A stretch of DNA of 64,000 bases from Elusimicrobiota bacterium (GTDB lineage Bacteria; Elusimicrobiota; Elusimicrobia; UBA1565; UBA9628), in contig JACQAZ010000001.1 of the NCBI GenBank assembly GCA_016194705.1, forward strand, positions 20,019 to 84,018, read 5' to 3'. A program made the translations under genes and the position numbers. Every line of letters begins with the position of its first letter. Within the stretch, counting starts at the first letter, position 1. Shown piece after piece: positions 28,501-37,277 of the stretch. The notes under the pieces are model-generated. The model made no database searches and had not been told where the DNA came from. It was given only the letters and a program-made list of their open reading frames with translations.

Positions 28501-31500
28501 GCCAGCAGCTCCTGGCGCGGGGTCTTCTCCCCGGTCGCCGCGGCGGGAGCCGTCATCGATACGCCGCCCGAGAGGGAGGCCTGCCCCGTGTAGCCCAGGG
28601 CCTCGAGCTCGGTCACCAGGCGGATGAAGTCGAGCCTCAGGGCGTAGACGGTCGCGACCCACTCCTCGTGAGCCGCGGAGGCCTCGAGCTGGGCGGCCAC
28701 GACGTCGGCCTCGGTCCCCATGCGCATTCGCAGGCGCTCGACGGCCCCCATGAGGTTGCGGCGCGCGACCTCGACGCGGGAGCGCTCCGCCTCGAGGAGC
28801 TTGACCTTGTCGGAAACCGAGGCCATCAGGGAATGCAGCATCAGCGAAAGGCTCTTGAGCCGGTCCTGGGACTCGAGCTCGCGGCGCAGGGCGTCGTTGA
28901 GTATGCCCTCGAGGCTCTTCATGACCTTGATGGGATCGGGCGCCTCGAGGAAAACGCCGCCGACCCAGCGCCCCTGGAAGAGGCCGAAAGCGGCCAGCGG
29001 CGTGAAGCCCTTGTAGCTCATGCGCTCGGCGATGATGTTGGCCTGCATCTGGGAGAGCGGGTCGCGGGCGGCGGCGATCTCCTCGGGCAGGCCTTCCTGG
29101 AACAAATGGCGCTTGAGGAGTTCCAGGTCGAGGGCCTGCGCCTCGCTCAGGTAGCGGTCCGCCGCCGCGCCGAGGTCGGCGTCCTCGGCCGGGATGAGAG
29201 TGAGGAACTGATCGAGAGTCGTCCCCGACGGCAGCCTCAAGTGAGCCGCGACCTCGGCGAAATCGCGTTCGAGGGCCTTGCGCGCGCTCTGCGCCGCTTC
29301 GCCCTGGGCGCCGCGCGCTATGGCGACCTCCAAGCGCAGGCGCGAGAGCAGTATGTCGGCCTTGGCCTTCGCCAGCGAGAGCTCGGTCTTGTAGAGCGAG
29401 TCGGCCTTCTCTTCCTGCAGCTTCGCAAGCGCGATGAGCGCCTCGGGCGGAGTCGCAGCACTTCGCAGGCGCACCTCGATCCAGCCCTCGACGAATTGCT
29501 TGCCGATGGGCTCCTTGGTCAGGGACTGGCGCAGGTCGTAATACCTCAAGGTCCCGTTCGATTCGAACGGAGCCTCCTGCGGCACGGAGGCGCGCAAATC
29601 GCCGACGTCGGGACTCGCCGACTCCGCCCCCAGGGCGACTTCGAGCGCGTCCTTGAGCGCCGCGAAACTCGACGGCAGAGAGCCCTGCTTCTGCTCTTTT
29701 GCCCCATCTCCGCCGTAAGCCATCATCATCGCCTTGAGCCCGTAGATGCGGTTCCGGAGTTGGATCGCCGAAAGCCGGCTCGCCCCGTCGGTTCGGCCCT
29801 CGACGGCCTTCAAGCCCCGCTCGGCCGCGGCCAGTTCGAAGGACCAGCGCGCCCTCATGGCCGGCAGGCGCGCGTCGAAGGAGCGCAGGTCGCGCTCGGC
29901 CGTCAGGGTCTGCTCGCGCGCCAAGGCGACCAGTTCGGGCGACGCCAGGCCCTCGCCCGAGAGCGCCGAGATCAGCCGCCCCAAGGCTCGGCCTATCAAA
30001 GAGATCGGCTCGACGCGGATGTCTTGGACCTTGAGGTTCTTGTCGACGATCTGCTCGACGGATCTGGCGACCTTGACGCGCGAGGCCAGCACGTCCCTGC
30101 TGGCGGCGAGCGGATCCATCTTTCCCAGCCGGTCCTTGAGCTGCGCCAGGGCCTCGTCCATCGTGTCGGTGAGAGCAACGCCGGCGTCGAGCGGCCGGCC
30201 CAGCAGATAGTTGAGTTGGGCGCGGGCCTGGGCGAACTCCCCCTCCAGGTGTTTTAGGTCAGCGCGAGCTTGATCGAGCTCCAAGGATCGTTGAGCGCCG
30301 CCGTCCTGGGCGCGCTCGAGCTCCGGGATGATCTGGTCGCGGTAGAGGTCGCGCGAGTCGCGCGCCGCGCGGAAGGCCGCGTAGCTCTGGAAGAGCTGCA
30401 GGGAGAGGTCGCCTCCGACCTTCTCCTGCAGCCGTGAGTACATCGCCGCCTCGCCGCCGCGGCGCTCCATCGAGAGCTCTTTGAGCTCGCCCGGCTGCAG
30501 GGCGACGTTGAAGATCGGGAAGACCCCCAGGCCGGTGATCCCGAAGGCCGGGAGCAGCGCGACCCCGGCCGCCGTCAGGTTGAGCCCGATGTTGACGTCG
30601 ACGGAGACCTTCTGGAAGCGGTGGGAGGCCGCCTCCATGAGCTCGGAGGCGGCCTGCGAGCGCTGGGCCAGGGCCTCCATGTTCGGAGAATTCCCGACGG
30701 CCGCGTCGAACGCCTCGCTCAGCCGCCGCGGCGCCTCGGGGGCGTTGGCGTAATCGTCCTCGGCGCGGTCGGCGTTTTGAGCGCCGTCCATGACGCTCCA
30801 GGCGTCCTTGAGCGAGCCCTGGGCGCGCGCCTCGAGCTGGCCGCTCGTGGTCCAATACCAGCGCCTGAACCGCGCCCACAGCTCGGCCGGCGGGATGAGT
30901 CCGTTGCGCCACTGCCGGATTCCGTCGGCCAGCGCCGACCGCGCCGCCGGCGCCGAGGCCTGGAGCTGCCAGAAGCGCGCGTCCCAGGACTCCGCGATCA
31001 GGCGCTCCGAGCGCGACTTGAGCCGGAAATCGCGCAGGGAGCCGGCCATCTCCGCGATGATGGCCCGGTCCTGAAAGCGCAGGGCCTTGTCGTTCGACTT
31101 GGCGGCGGGGTCATAGATCGGCAGCCGCAGCGAGACCCCCGCGCCGATGACCTGGTTGGCGAGCACGTCCTGAAGCTGGACGCCCAGCGAGAAGGTGATC
31201 TTCTCGAAAAACGGAATGTAGTCCATCAGGTTGAAGCCTTCCTCGGGAACGCCCATCTGGCCGCGCAGGCCCGAGATCAAGTCGGAGAGGCGGTCGGGGC
31301 TCCCCAGAGCCTTCTGCAGCAGAGCGGAGAAGCCTTCGAGATCCTGCGGGGTCAACTCGTCGAGGATCGCGGTGTCGTCGGGGCCCCGGCCGGTCAGCGC
31401 GTTGTAGCGCAGCAGGGCCTGGCGATGGCGGTCGGCCGCCGAAAGCGCGCGGGTCTGCGCCTCGGCGCGGATGACGGGGTCGTCGGCGTTGGCGTACATC

Positions 31501-34500
31501 CAGGCGGCCAGCGACATGTCCCAGCGCGACTCGACGAGCTCGACGAGCGAGGCCTGCCAGGCCTTGGTGATGTCCAAGAGTCGCGACTGCAGGGCCAGAC
31601 CCTCCTGGAAGAGGGCGAGGATCTTGTCGTGGATGAGCGCCTTCTGGGACTTGGTCAAGGTGAGCTCGGTCATCGTGCCGACCTGGAAGCCGCCGCCCGT
31701 GGCGCGCTCGGCCGTGCCGGTGCCGACCGGGTTGGTCACGAAGCCGATCATGCCCCTCATACGAACGTTGTCCAGAATCGCCCCTGCCTTTTGCAGCTCT
31801 TTGAGGTCCCGTGTCATCTGGCCGATCTCGAGCGAGAGGAGCTTCTTGCCGACGTCGGCGTCGAAGACGCGCTTGAGTTCCAAGACGAGGCGCTCATCGG
31901 GCGACGAGCGCTTGAAGAACTCGTCGACGGACTTGTTGAATTTCGCGAGAGTCTGGCCTCCCTGCAGGTCCTCGGCGGCGCCGCCGGCTACGAGGCGCCA
32001 GAGCTCGCCCAAAGTGAAGGTCGTCTGCGCGCCCAGCGTCAGCCGGTCGTTGAGGCCCACGTAGCGGCTGCCGTAGGAGACGAAGGCGTCGGTGTTCTGG
32101 CCGAGCTTCTTCCTGAGCTCCACGAAGTAAGTGCTCGCGTCCCCGAGGATCTTCCCCTGGGCCGAGAGGGCGAGGCCCTGGTTGGGCAGCTCGAAGCTCA
32201 CGCGCCCCGACAGGGTGTTGTACTTCTCGCCGAGTTCCCCGGTACCGCCGATCGTGGTCTTGACAGGCGTGCCGTCAATATCGAAGGAAAAGCCCTTGAC
32301 GATGGTCGCTCCCACCGCGTTCTGCTGTATGTCGTCGGTGCCGGTGACCCTCGAGAGGTAGAAATCGACCTTGAAGCTGTCCTTGGTCTCGAGGGCCTTC
32401 TGGAGGTCGAAGCCCACGCCGACCTTGTCGCGCCGGAAGAACTTGTTGTCGCCGTGGGCCCCGATCACGAAGTCCTTGTCGAGGTCGGGGTCGAACTTGG
32501 TGAAGTCGAGGTTGACGGTCTGCAGGAACTTTCGCGGGTCCTTGGCGAACAACGCCGACTCCTCGGCGTTGAGGCTCATGATCTCGGAAAACTTCACGCT
32601 GGCCTTGACGTTGCCGCCGTAGTAGTAGGGCTTGTTGGCGGCATCCCTGGCCGCGAAATCGGCGAAGCCCGCGGCGCCGAAGTAGAGCTTGCCGTTGGCC
32701 AGCATCATCGCGAAATCGTCGAAGATCATCATGCGCGCCTCCTGGACCTGCGAGCCCACCTTGAGGTCCGGAGGTATGTCCTGGATGAACTTGTGGAAGG
32801 TCACGTCGAGGTAATTGACGAAGTTCTTGCCCTGCAGCGATTCGACCTGCACCGTGATGCCCTGGTCGCCGAACGGGGCGTTGCCGTCGGAAGGCGGGCT
32901 TGCGAAGCGGTGGCCGATGACGGAGACGTTGTTGCCCCAGAGGTTGAGCACGTTGCCCATGGTCATCTGGCTCGAGGTCTCGAGGCCTCCAGGCGTCGAG
33001 AATTCGGTCTGATAGACGAGGTAGAAACCGTCCGAGCCCGTGCCGACCTCGACCATCTTGGTGTTCGGGAGAAGCTGCGCCAGCGACATCGGGTTCTTGA
33101 GGATATCCTCGCGCAGGCCCGCGATGTCGCGCGCGGTGGAATCCGCCGAGATTGCGCCGAAGAGCTGGGAGAGAAAATTAGAGAACATCGACTTCGGGAT
33201 CACGATGGTCTGGGGTCCGCCCGGGCCCGTCGCGAGCCACGAGGAGCCCTGGCCGGAGACCGCCTGTACGCGGTTGGCCAGTTCCGGCGAGAGCTGGCGC
33301 AGGTCGCCGACGGCTTCGAGCTTCTTCGAGAGCAGGGCTTGCTCTTTCTGCATCGCGATCAGCGATTCCTCGAGAGTCTTCTTGGCGGCCGCGTATTGGT
33401 CGGTGAGCTTGTGGTGCTCGATGTTGGTCTCGAGGACGGCGCGCGTCTTGTCCTGGATCGCCGAGAGGTTCTCGGTCACGCGCCGCAGGGCGCTCTCGTG
33501 CGGGTCGTTGAGCTGCTTGAGCCAGCCGGTGACCTCGGCCTTCTGCTTGGCGATCTGGTCCTGGGCTTTGGTCAAGGTGTCCTTGAACTGCTGGGCCGCC
33601 TTGCGGTCGGCGTCGAGCGCCTGGTCGCCCGAGCTGTAGACCTGCCCGAGAGAGTCGTAGTAGCCGGCGGCGTCGGTGACGGTCTGGAAGGACTCGGTGT
33701 CCCAGGAGGTCTTCTGTTGGAAGATGCCCGCGCCCTCCTTGGCCGTGTCCCTGATCCGCGTGTAGATCGAGATCTTGCGGTCGGGCACCGCGTCGCCTCC
33801 CGAAAGGTCGCCGGAGACGAAGGCGTCGTCCGCGTCGAGGTCCGCGAAGACCGCATCGAGCGCTGAGGTCGCATTATTAAGGAAAGCCTCGAAGAGGGGG
33901 ATGCGTTCGTTGAGGTTCTTGTTGGCCGAGACGATCAGCGCGTCGGAAAACAGGAAGCGGGCCAGAGCCTCGGCGACCGAGTCTCCGGTCCCGGTCGCAG
34001 TCGTGGGCACGAGGCGCTTGACGACGTCGAGGCCGTAGAGCGCCAGCTGCTGGAGATTCTGGAGCGCGAGCGGCGGCTGCGGGCCCGTCGGTATGCTGCC
34101 GCCCGAGCCGCCGATGTTGAGATCGGTCTTCCCGGCCTGCGCCGAGGCTGCGTCGGCGATGGCCTTGATGTCGGCGGCCATGTTCTGGAGGACCTTGCCG
34201 TCGGCCATCGCCTTAAGGCGAGTCACGGAGTCCGCGCCGGTCGCAGATAGGTCCGTCGGCATCTTGTATTTCGAGGCGAGGTTGTACTTCCCGGGGAACA
34301 GCGCGTCCATCTTGCCGAGGATGTCGTTGATCTGCGCGTCGCGGGCGTTGATCTGTCCGGCTCGGAGGACCTTCTCCGCCTGATAAACGACGGCGCGCTT
34401 GACCAAGGAGTAGGGCGCCGGCTCGCCGTAGACGTCCTCGGTCTCGTTGTTGTTGGGGTCCTTGCGGCGGCGGATCTGGTCGACGAGGTCGTTGACGAGC

Positions 34501-37091
34501 TTGCGGTAGTCGTTGAACTGCTTGCGCACCTCCGCGATGCCGGCCTTGGCGCCCGCGACGTCGCCGAGCTTGGCCCCGCCGGAGGCCAGTCCCCAAGGGA
34601 AGGTCTTGTGCAGGCCGTCGTAGATCTTCTTGTAGACGTCTCCTTTCTGCTGATACAGCAAGGCCAGGCTGTCGCCGGTCGCGTGCGGATCGGCCAGGTC
34701 GATGCGGTCCTGCTGGTAGGGGATCAAGGTCTGGTCGAGCAGCTGCTGGAGGCCCTGAAGCTCGGGACGCAAGGTCGAGTCGACCAAAGCGGTCTTGCGG
34801 TCGATCAAGGCCTGCGCCTGGGATTGGGGGAAGCCCGCGTTGACGTACGCGACGTCGGCGGCGATGTCGCTCATGATCGCCTGCAGCGCGGCCACCGACT
34901 TCGTGAAGGCGTCGCGCACGGCGGGCAGGATCCGGGTGATCGGCTTGTCCAGCGCCTTGGAAGTCGCCTGGGCCTCGAGGCGGCGCACGGTCATGTCGCC
35001 CATGAAGGTCAAGCGCTTGGCGATCCCGAGCTTGGCCATCTTGCCGGAGAAGCCCGCGTCGGTGCCGGGGAAGGAGAGGCCGTCGATCTGGTCGACATAC
35101 TTGGGCAGGAGGTCGCGCAAGTCCTGCGCCGAACGGCCCGAGAGCCGAGCTAAAGTCGTGCCGGCGCCCTGCTCGACGGCCGGGGCCAGCGCGTCGATCT
35201 CGGAGGCGACCGCGTCCGAGGTCTGCCCTATGTTCGAGGCGAGCGCGTTCTCCTCGTTCTGATAAGCCACCAACGACTCGGGGATCGAGTCGCCGAAGTC
35301 GTTGAGCACGCGCTTGGAATTGCCGGGATCGAGCGCGCGGTTGACGCCGGCCAGCGTGTCTTGATGCTCTTTGAGCTGAGCGGCCCAATAGACCTTGCGG
35401 TCGGCTAGGATCTGCAGGGCCTGCGCGACCGTCGGATTGCTCGCGCTGACCGCCGGTATGCCCGGGACCAGCAGGACGAGCACGCCCGCGAACTCGACGG
35501 GCGTCGACGCCAATTTCGCGTCCGCGCCGCTGAGCAATGAGAGATCCGAGCTGATCTCGGCGGATTTCGATTTGAGGTAGTCCATCGAGAGGCTCGTCAG
35601 GTCGGTCGTGCCGCCGCCGCCGGAGCCGTGGATGAGCTTCTGTTGGAGCTGGGGCAGCAGGGCCAGGCGCCGCTGATATTCCGACGGCGCGTCGGCGCTC
35701 TGGCCCTTGTCGCGGGCGTTGATCGCGGCGACCAGGCCCGTAACGCCGGTCTTGAATTCAGTGATCCTCTGCACGCCCTGCGCGGCCTGATCGGAGAGCT
35801 TGCCGAAATCTTTGGTGTGCTGCTTGTCCAGGTCCAAGGCGTCCTGGGCGTCCTTGTTCCACTGGTCCTTCTTGGCCTTGTTGGCCGCGGCCGAGGCCGC
35901 GTTGGCGTCGTTGGCCTTCTTCTGGGCGTCGATCTTGGCGATCTTCTGGTCGAGGAGCTGCTGCATCCCGGCGAGCGCAGCCTGCGCCGAGTTGAGGAGA
36001 TTGAGGCTGTAGGAGAGGTCCATCACCATCGCCAGACGGGAAAAATTCTTGCGGAATTCGAGCATGTCCGAGCCGGAGCGCCGCTCGCGCAGAGCCGAGT
36101 CGCGCGCGCGGTCGGCGACGGCCAGCATCGCGGCCAGGGCGTCTCGCGCGGCGAGTTGGGCCTGAACGCTGGATTTGAGGGCCTCGACCTTGGCCACCTC
36201 CTTGGAAACCTGACGCTCCGTTTCGGTGCCCGCCAGGGCGGGCTTGGTCCCCGCTCCCGGCGCGGGAGCGGACTTCATGTCCTCGAAGAGCCGGCGAAGG
36301 GCATCCAGCGAAGCCCACTTGAGCTCGTTGGACTGCGTGCGCCCCGGAGCCGTCGCGCCTGGCCCCTCGAGCAGGTCCTTGTAATTCTTGGCCAACTCCT
36401 CGAGCCGAGCGAGCTCCTCGGCGTTCTTGGGCGGCGACGAGAGGTCGGCGCGCTGGGCGAGTTTTTCCTGCGCGGCCTCCTCATCGGAGACCGGCGTCGG
36501 GATGACGAGCCGAGCCGTGCGCGTCGGCAGCACGACCTCCGCCCGGGGCGGCGCCGGCGACTGGGGCGGCGCGGCGGCCGCCTCGAGAGCCGCGGAAGGG
36601 ACTCCCGAGAGGCTGGCGGCGAGATTCCTCGCGTCGGCCTGAAGCTTCTCGCCCTCGCGCTCCTTGCGCCGCTCGGGCGCCTGCTGCATGAGAGCGCGCA
36701 GCTCCTCGAGGCCGTCTCGCGCGAGCTCGAGGAGCTCCGGACGCGGCGCCGCGAAGTCGTCGAGGCCGGCAAGAGTCAAGGGAACTTCTACGCGGGTCGA
36801 AAGCCAGGCGGCCACCGCGCGACGGCCGTCGGCCGAGCGGATGGCCCGCGCTTGGGCCCGCAGGAGCCCCGCGATCGGGGGCGGGTCGACGCTCAGCAGC
36901 CGCGCCAATCCCGCGAAGGCCTGGTCGGGAGCGGCCGCCGGAACCATGGAGGCCCTCACGGGGCGGGCCGCGACGGGGGGGGCTGAGAGCTCGGCCGCCA
37001 AGGCCGGCCAAGGGCCGCAGAGGGAAAGGGAAACGACCCCCGCGAGCGCGCGGGGGGCCAGGGATGGGGCTCGGCGAGAGGGGTATCCCAT
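25569..37091 (-). CDS. Giant (3840 aa) secreted envelope protein: helical stalk + beta-barrel-like block + tandem TolC/OEP-like repeats + C-terminal domains
   Basis: Uninterrupted ORF with host-like codon usage and a signal peptide. TolC-like motifs: GVSLRLPIYD, WRNGLIPPAELW, LSEAFDAAVGNSP, ARAQLNYLLGRP, RMGTEADVVAAQ. Confidence 0.85.
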   Translation of the reverse strand: MGYPSRRAPSLAPRALAGVVSLSLCGPWPALAAELSAPPVAARPVRASMVPAAAPDQAFAGLARLLSVDPPPIAGLLRAQARAIRSADGRRAVAAWLSTRVEVPLTLAGLDDFAAPRPELLELARDGLEELRALMQQAPERRKEREGEKLQADARNLAASLSGVPSAALEAAAAPPQSPAPPRAEVVLPTRTARLVIPTPVSDEEAAQEKLAQRADLSSPPKNAEELARLEELAKNYKDLLEGPGATAPGRTQSNELKWASLDALRRLFEDMKSAPAPGAGTKPALAGTETERQVSKEVAKVEALKSSVQAQLAARDALAAMLAVADRARDSALRERRSGSDMLEFRKNFSRLAMVMDLSYSLNLLNSAQAALAGMQQLLDQKIAKIDAQKKANDANAASAAANKAKKDQWNKDAQDALDLDKQHTKDFGKLSDQAAQGVQRITEFKTGVTGLVAAINARDKGQSADAPSEYQRRLALLPQLQQKLIHGSGGGGTTDLTSLSMDYLKSKSAEISSDLSLLSGADAKLASTPVEFAGVLVLLVPGIPAVSASNPTVAQALQILADRKVYWAAQLKEHQDTLAGVNRALDPGNSKRVLNDFGDSIPESLVAYQNEENALASNIGQTSDAVASEIDALAPAVEQGAGTTLARLSGRSAQDLRDLLPKYVDQIDGLSFPGTDAGFSGKMAKLGIAKRLTFMGDMTVRRLEAQATSKALDKPITRILPAVRDAFTKSVAALQAIMSDIAADVAYVNAGFPQSQAQALIDRKTALVDSTLRPELQGLQQLLDQTLIPYQQDRIDLADPHATGDSLALLYQQKGDVYKKIYDGLHKTFPWGLASGGAKLGDVAGAKAGIAEVRKQFNDYRKLVNDLVDQIRRRKDPNNNETEDVYGEPAPYSLVKRAVVYQAEKVLRAGQINARDAQINDILGKMDALFPGKYNLASKYKMPTDLSATGADSVTRLKAMADGKVLQNMAADIKAIADAASAQAGKTDLNIGGSGGSIPTGPQPPLALQNLQQLALYGLDVVKRLVPTTATGTGDSVAEALARFLFSDALIVSANKNLNERIPLFEAFLNNATSALDAVFADLDADDAFVSGDLSGGDAVPDRKISIYTRIRDTAKEGAGIFQQKTSWDTESFQTVTDAAGYYDSLGQVYSSGDQALDADRKAAQQFKDTLTKAQDQIAKQKAEVTGWLKQLNDPHESALRRVTENLSAIQDKTRAVLETNIEHHKLTDQYAAAKKTLEESLIAMQKEQALLSKKLEAVGDLRQLSPELANRVQAVSGQGSSWLATGPGGPQTIVIPKSMFSNFLSQLFGAISADSTARDIAGLREDILKNPMSLAQLLPNTKMVEVGTGSDGFYLVYQTEFSTPGGLETSSQMTMGNVLNLWGNNVSVIGHRFASPPSDGNAPFGDQGITVQVESLQGKNFVNYLDVTFHKFIQDIPPDLKVGSQVQEARMMIFDDFAMMLANGKLYFGAAGFADFAARDAANKPYYYGGNVKASVKFSEIMSLNAEESALFAKDPRKFLQTVNLDFTKFDPDLDKDFVIGAHGDNKFFRRDKVGVGFDLQKALETKDSFKVDFYLSRVTGTDDIQQNAVGATIVKGFSFDIDGTPVKTTIGGTGELGEKYNTLSGRVSFELPNQGLALSAQGKILGDASTYFVELRKKLGQNTDAFVSYGSRYVGLNDRLTLGAQTTFTLGELWRLVAGGAAEDLQGGQTLAKFNKSVDEFFKRSSPDERLVLELKRVFDADVGKKLLSLEIGQMTRDLKELQKAGAILDNVRMRGMIGFVTNPVGTGTAERATGGGFQVGTMTELTLTKSQKALIHDKILALFQEGLALQSRLLDITKAWQASLVELVESRWDMSLAAWMYANADDPVIRAEAQTRALSAADRHRQALLRYNALTGRGPDDTAILDELTPQDLEGFSALLQKALGSPDRLSDLISGLRGQMGVPEEGFNLMDYIPFFEKITFSLGVQLQDVLANQVIGAGVSLRLPIYDPAAKSNDKALRFQDRAIIAEMAGSLRDFRLKSRSERLIAESWDARFWQLQASAPAARSALADGIRQWRNGLIPPAELWARFRRWYWTTSGQLEARAQGSLKDAWSVMDGAQNADRAEDDYANAPEAPRRLSEAFDAAVGNSPNMEALAQRSQAASELMEAASHRFQKVSVDVNIGLNLTAAGVALLPAFGITGLGVFPIFNVALQPGELKELSMERRGGEAAMYSRLQEKVGGDLSLQLFQSYAAFRAARDSRDLYRDQIIPELERAQDGGAQRSLELDQARADLKHLEGEFAQARAQLNYLLGRPLDAGVALTDTMDEALAQLKDRLGKMDPLAASRDVLASRVKVARSVEQIVDKNLKVQDIRVEPISLIGRALGRLISALSGEGLASPELVALAREQTLTAERDLRSFDARLPAMRARWSFELAAAERGLKAVEGRTDGASRLSAIQLRNRIYGLKAMMMAYGGDGAKEQKQGSLPSSFAALKDALEVALGAESASPDVGDLRASVPQEAPFESNGTLRYYDLRQSLTKEPIGKQFVEGWIEVRLRSAATPPEALIALAKLQEEKADSLYKTELSLAKAKADILLSRLRLEVAIARGAQGEAAQSARKALERDFAEVAAHLRLPSGTTLDQFLTLIPAEDADLGAAADRYLSEAQALDLELLKRHLFQEGLPEEIAAARDPLSQMQANIIAERMSYKGFTPLAAFGLFQGRWVGGVFLEAPDPIKVMKSLEGILNDALRRELESQDRLKSLSLMLHSLMASVSDKVKLLEAERSRVEVARRNLMGAVERLRMRMGTEADVVAAQLEASAAHEEWVATVYALRLDFIRLVTELEALGYTGQASLSGGVSMTAPAAATGEKTPRQELLAYWAQRLLDEGFEKGQDSLLSGVSPKLRQSLKGELEKYRSSRRSQSLVLSKDFTPAEKLDLLTKVDLDGRRRRVESALEQILRELEAQSGGSAWTDLMGFLRSDVESQAVGAEGDVRRQQNEMQALRAAYWRAVPAPPAVEAAYARLSTLKDAVYEARQEALHHYLQQKLKPEDYVLKDKALEAYVKALIAYDNEVLKTFAMKEVGLDPRWTSGLNAMFGLRGSLERRRDMLRYGRGIVTLDGAITLGEVRMQALRASPEARDQIQPASESLAFLRAMRERWIAKPESLPALYEVKGGGETQWLTGKDLEWLKGRNQVVELGGKRFLLPPTFVGARPTTEDEARRAGGQEIVAGVDARREELEVLKARAEQRSRRQEVDAALEKSELALRVESGAKAGQYAGALSLAELRRMERQGKVLYFNKARDPRAGLRLPVHALAARWRSPDELVILVQVSGEALPAGTFPSLESLEASDYARLFQRAEFGKRGAGALLDEAANDELAARRKGWLNLKLEGFAYALDKDAEVAAVYMNQEELSTAREKAKDAKSLEHDWSFHLVSDLRLGLDGEGVVVSASGKGFSFKLGGGAALQWLEGEIWALEVDAQGRVARVFRSKEELEREAGAWWIEDMEGKVWKQTDKDISPIARLKRYIDPRTGLPVSLGRAILAQRLSKAESGLGANGRWAYMPQNWGNIILETPRGIIKTPIEMITGRDPNQEGYIGRVYMRQTDGGATVHRGALGKVVHFIDIFEILPDPVDRYYDPSQFPKRVDNDSPIKPGEWEHEKAPVSTDGKKDVHLGKGSLLREIGWAKEDLEDARGQIMGSFTGSVRKSFVESVRGRAGEYAETKVDHQTGRLAVENTLNAIGDRTDSDGIGQTVATPDHIAVDTVRVAVQVGLGAAQQKQRRKVYEAYRKKLEEAKPVPPPDDMRLIAEAELALARSEEARLALRAAADAATPKANLPGFPIVPRLFALAAFGR

Positions 37092-37145
37092 TAGGCCTAC
37101 TCAGTCTATCCCTGAAGTCCCAGGTTCTCCAGGTCCAGACGGCCT

Positions 37146-37175
37146 ATTCTATCATGGGCCCGAAGTCCCTGTCAA
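37146..37175 (-). promoter_or_regulatory. Near-consensus sigma70 promoter of the giant gene (TTGACA-18-TGnTAGAAT) with an imperfect palindrome in the spacer
   Basis: Minus strand reads TTGACA gggacttcgggcccatga TAGAAT. Confidence 0.7.
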
Positions 37176-37277
37176 GTGCCGAGCTTGAAGAGTCGCTTTG
37201 TCGACGGTAATTAATCATTTAATGTCTGGCACTAATGAGCTTTCCACCGGTCCCACCGTCGGAAAATAGCCTCCGCC

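Noticed and set aside
30621-33866. 1081-aa ORF antisense to the giant gene (and similar long antisense or alternate-frame ORFs such as 45449-47626, 7766-9466, 3344-5056)
   Set aside because: These are shadow ORFs expected from high GC3 codon bias. They have no recognisable motifs and fully overlap well-supported genes.
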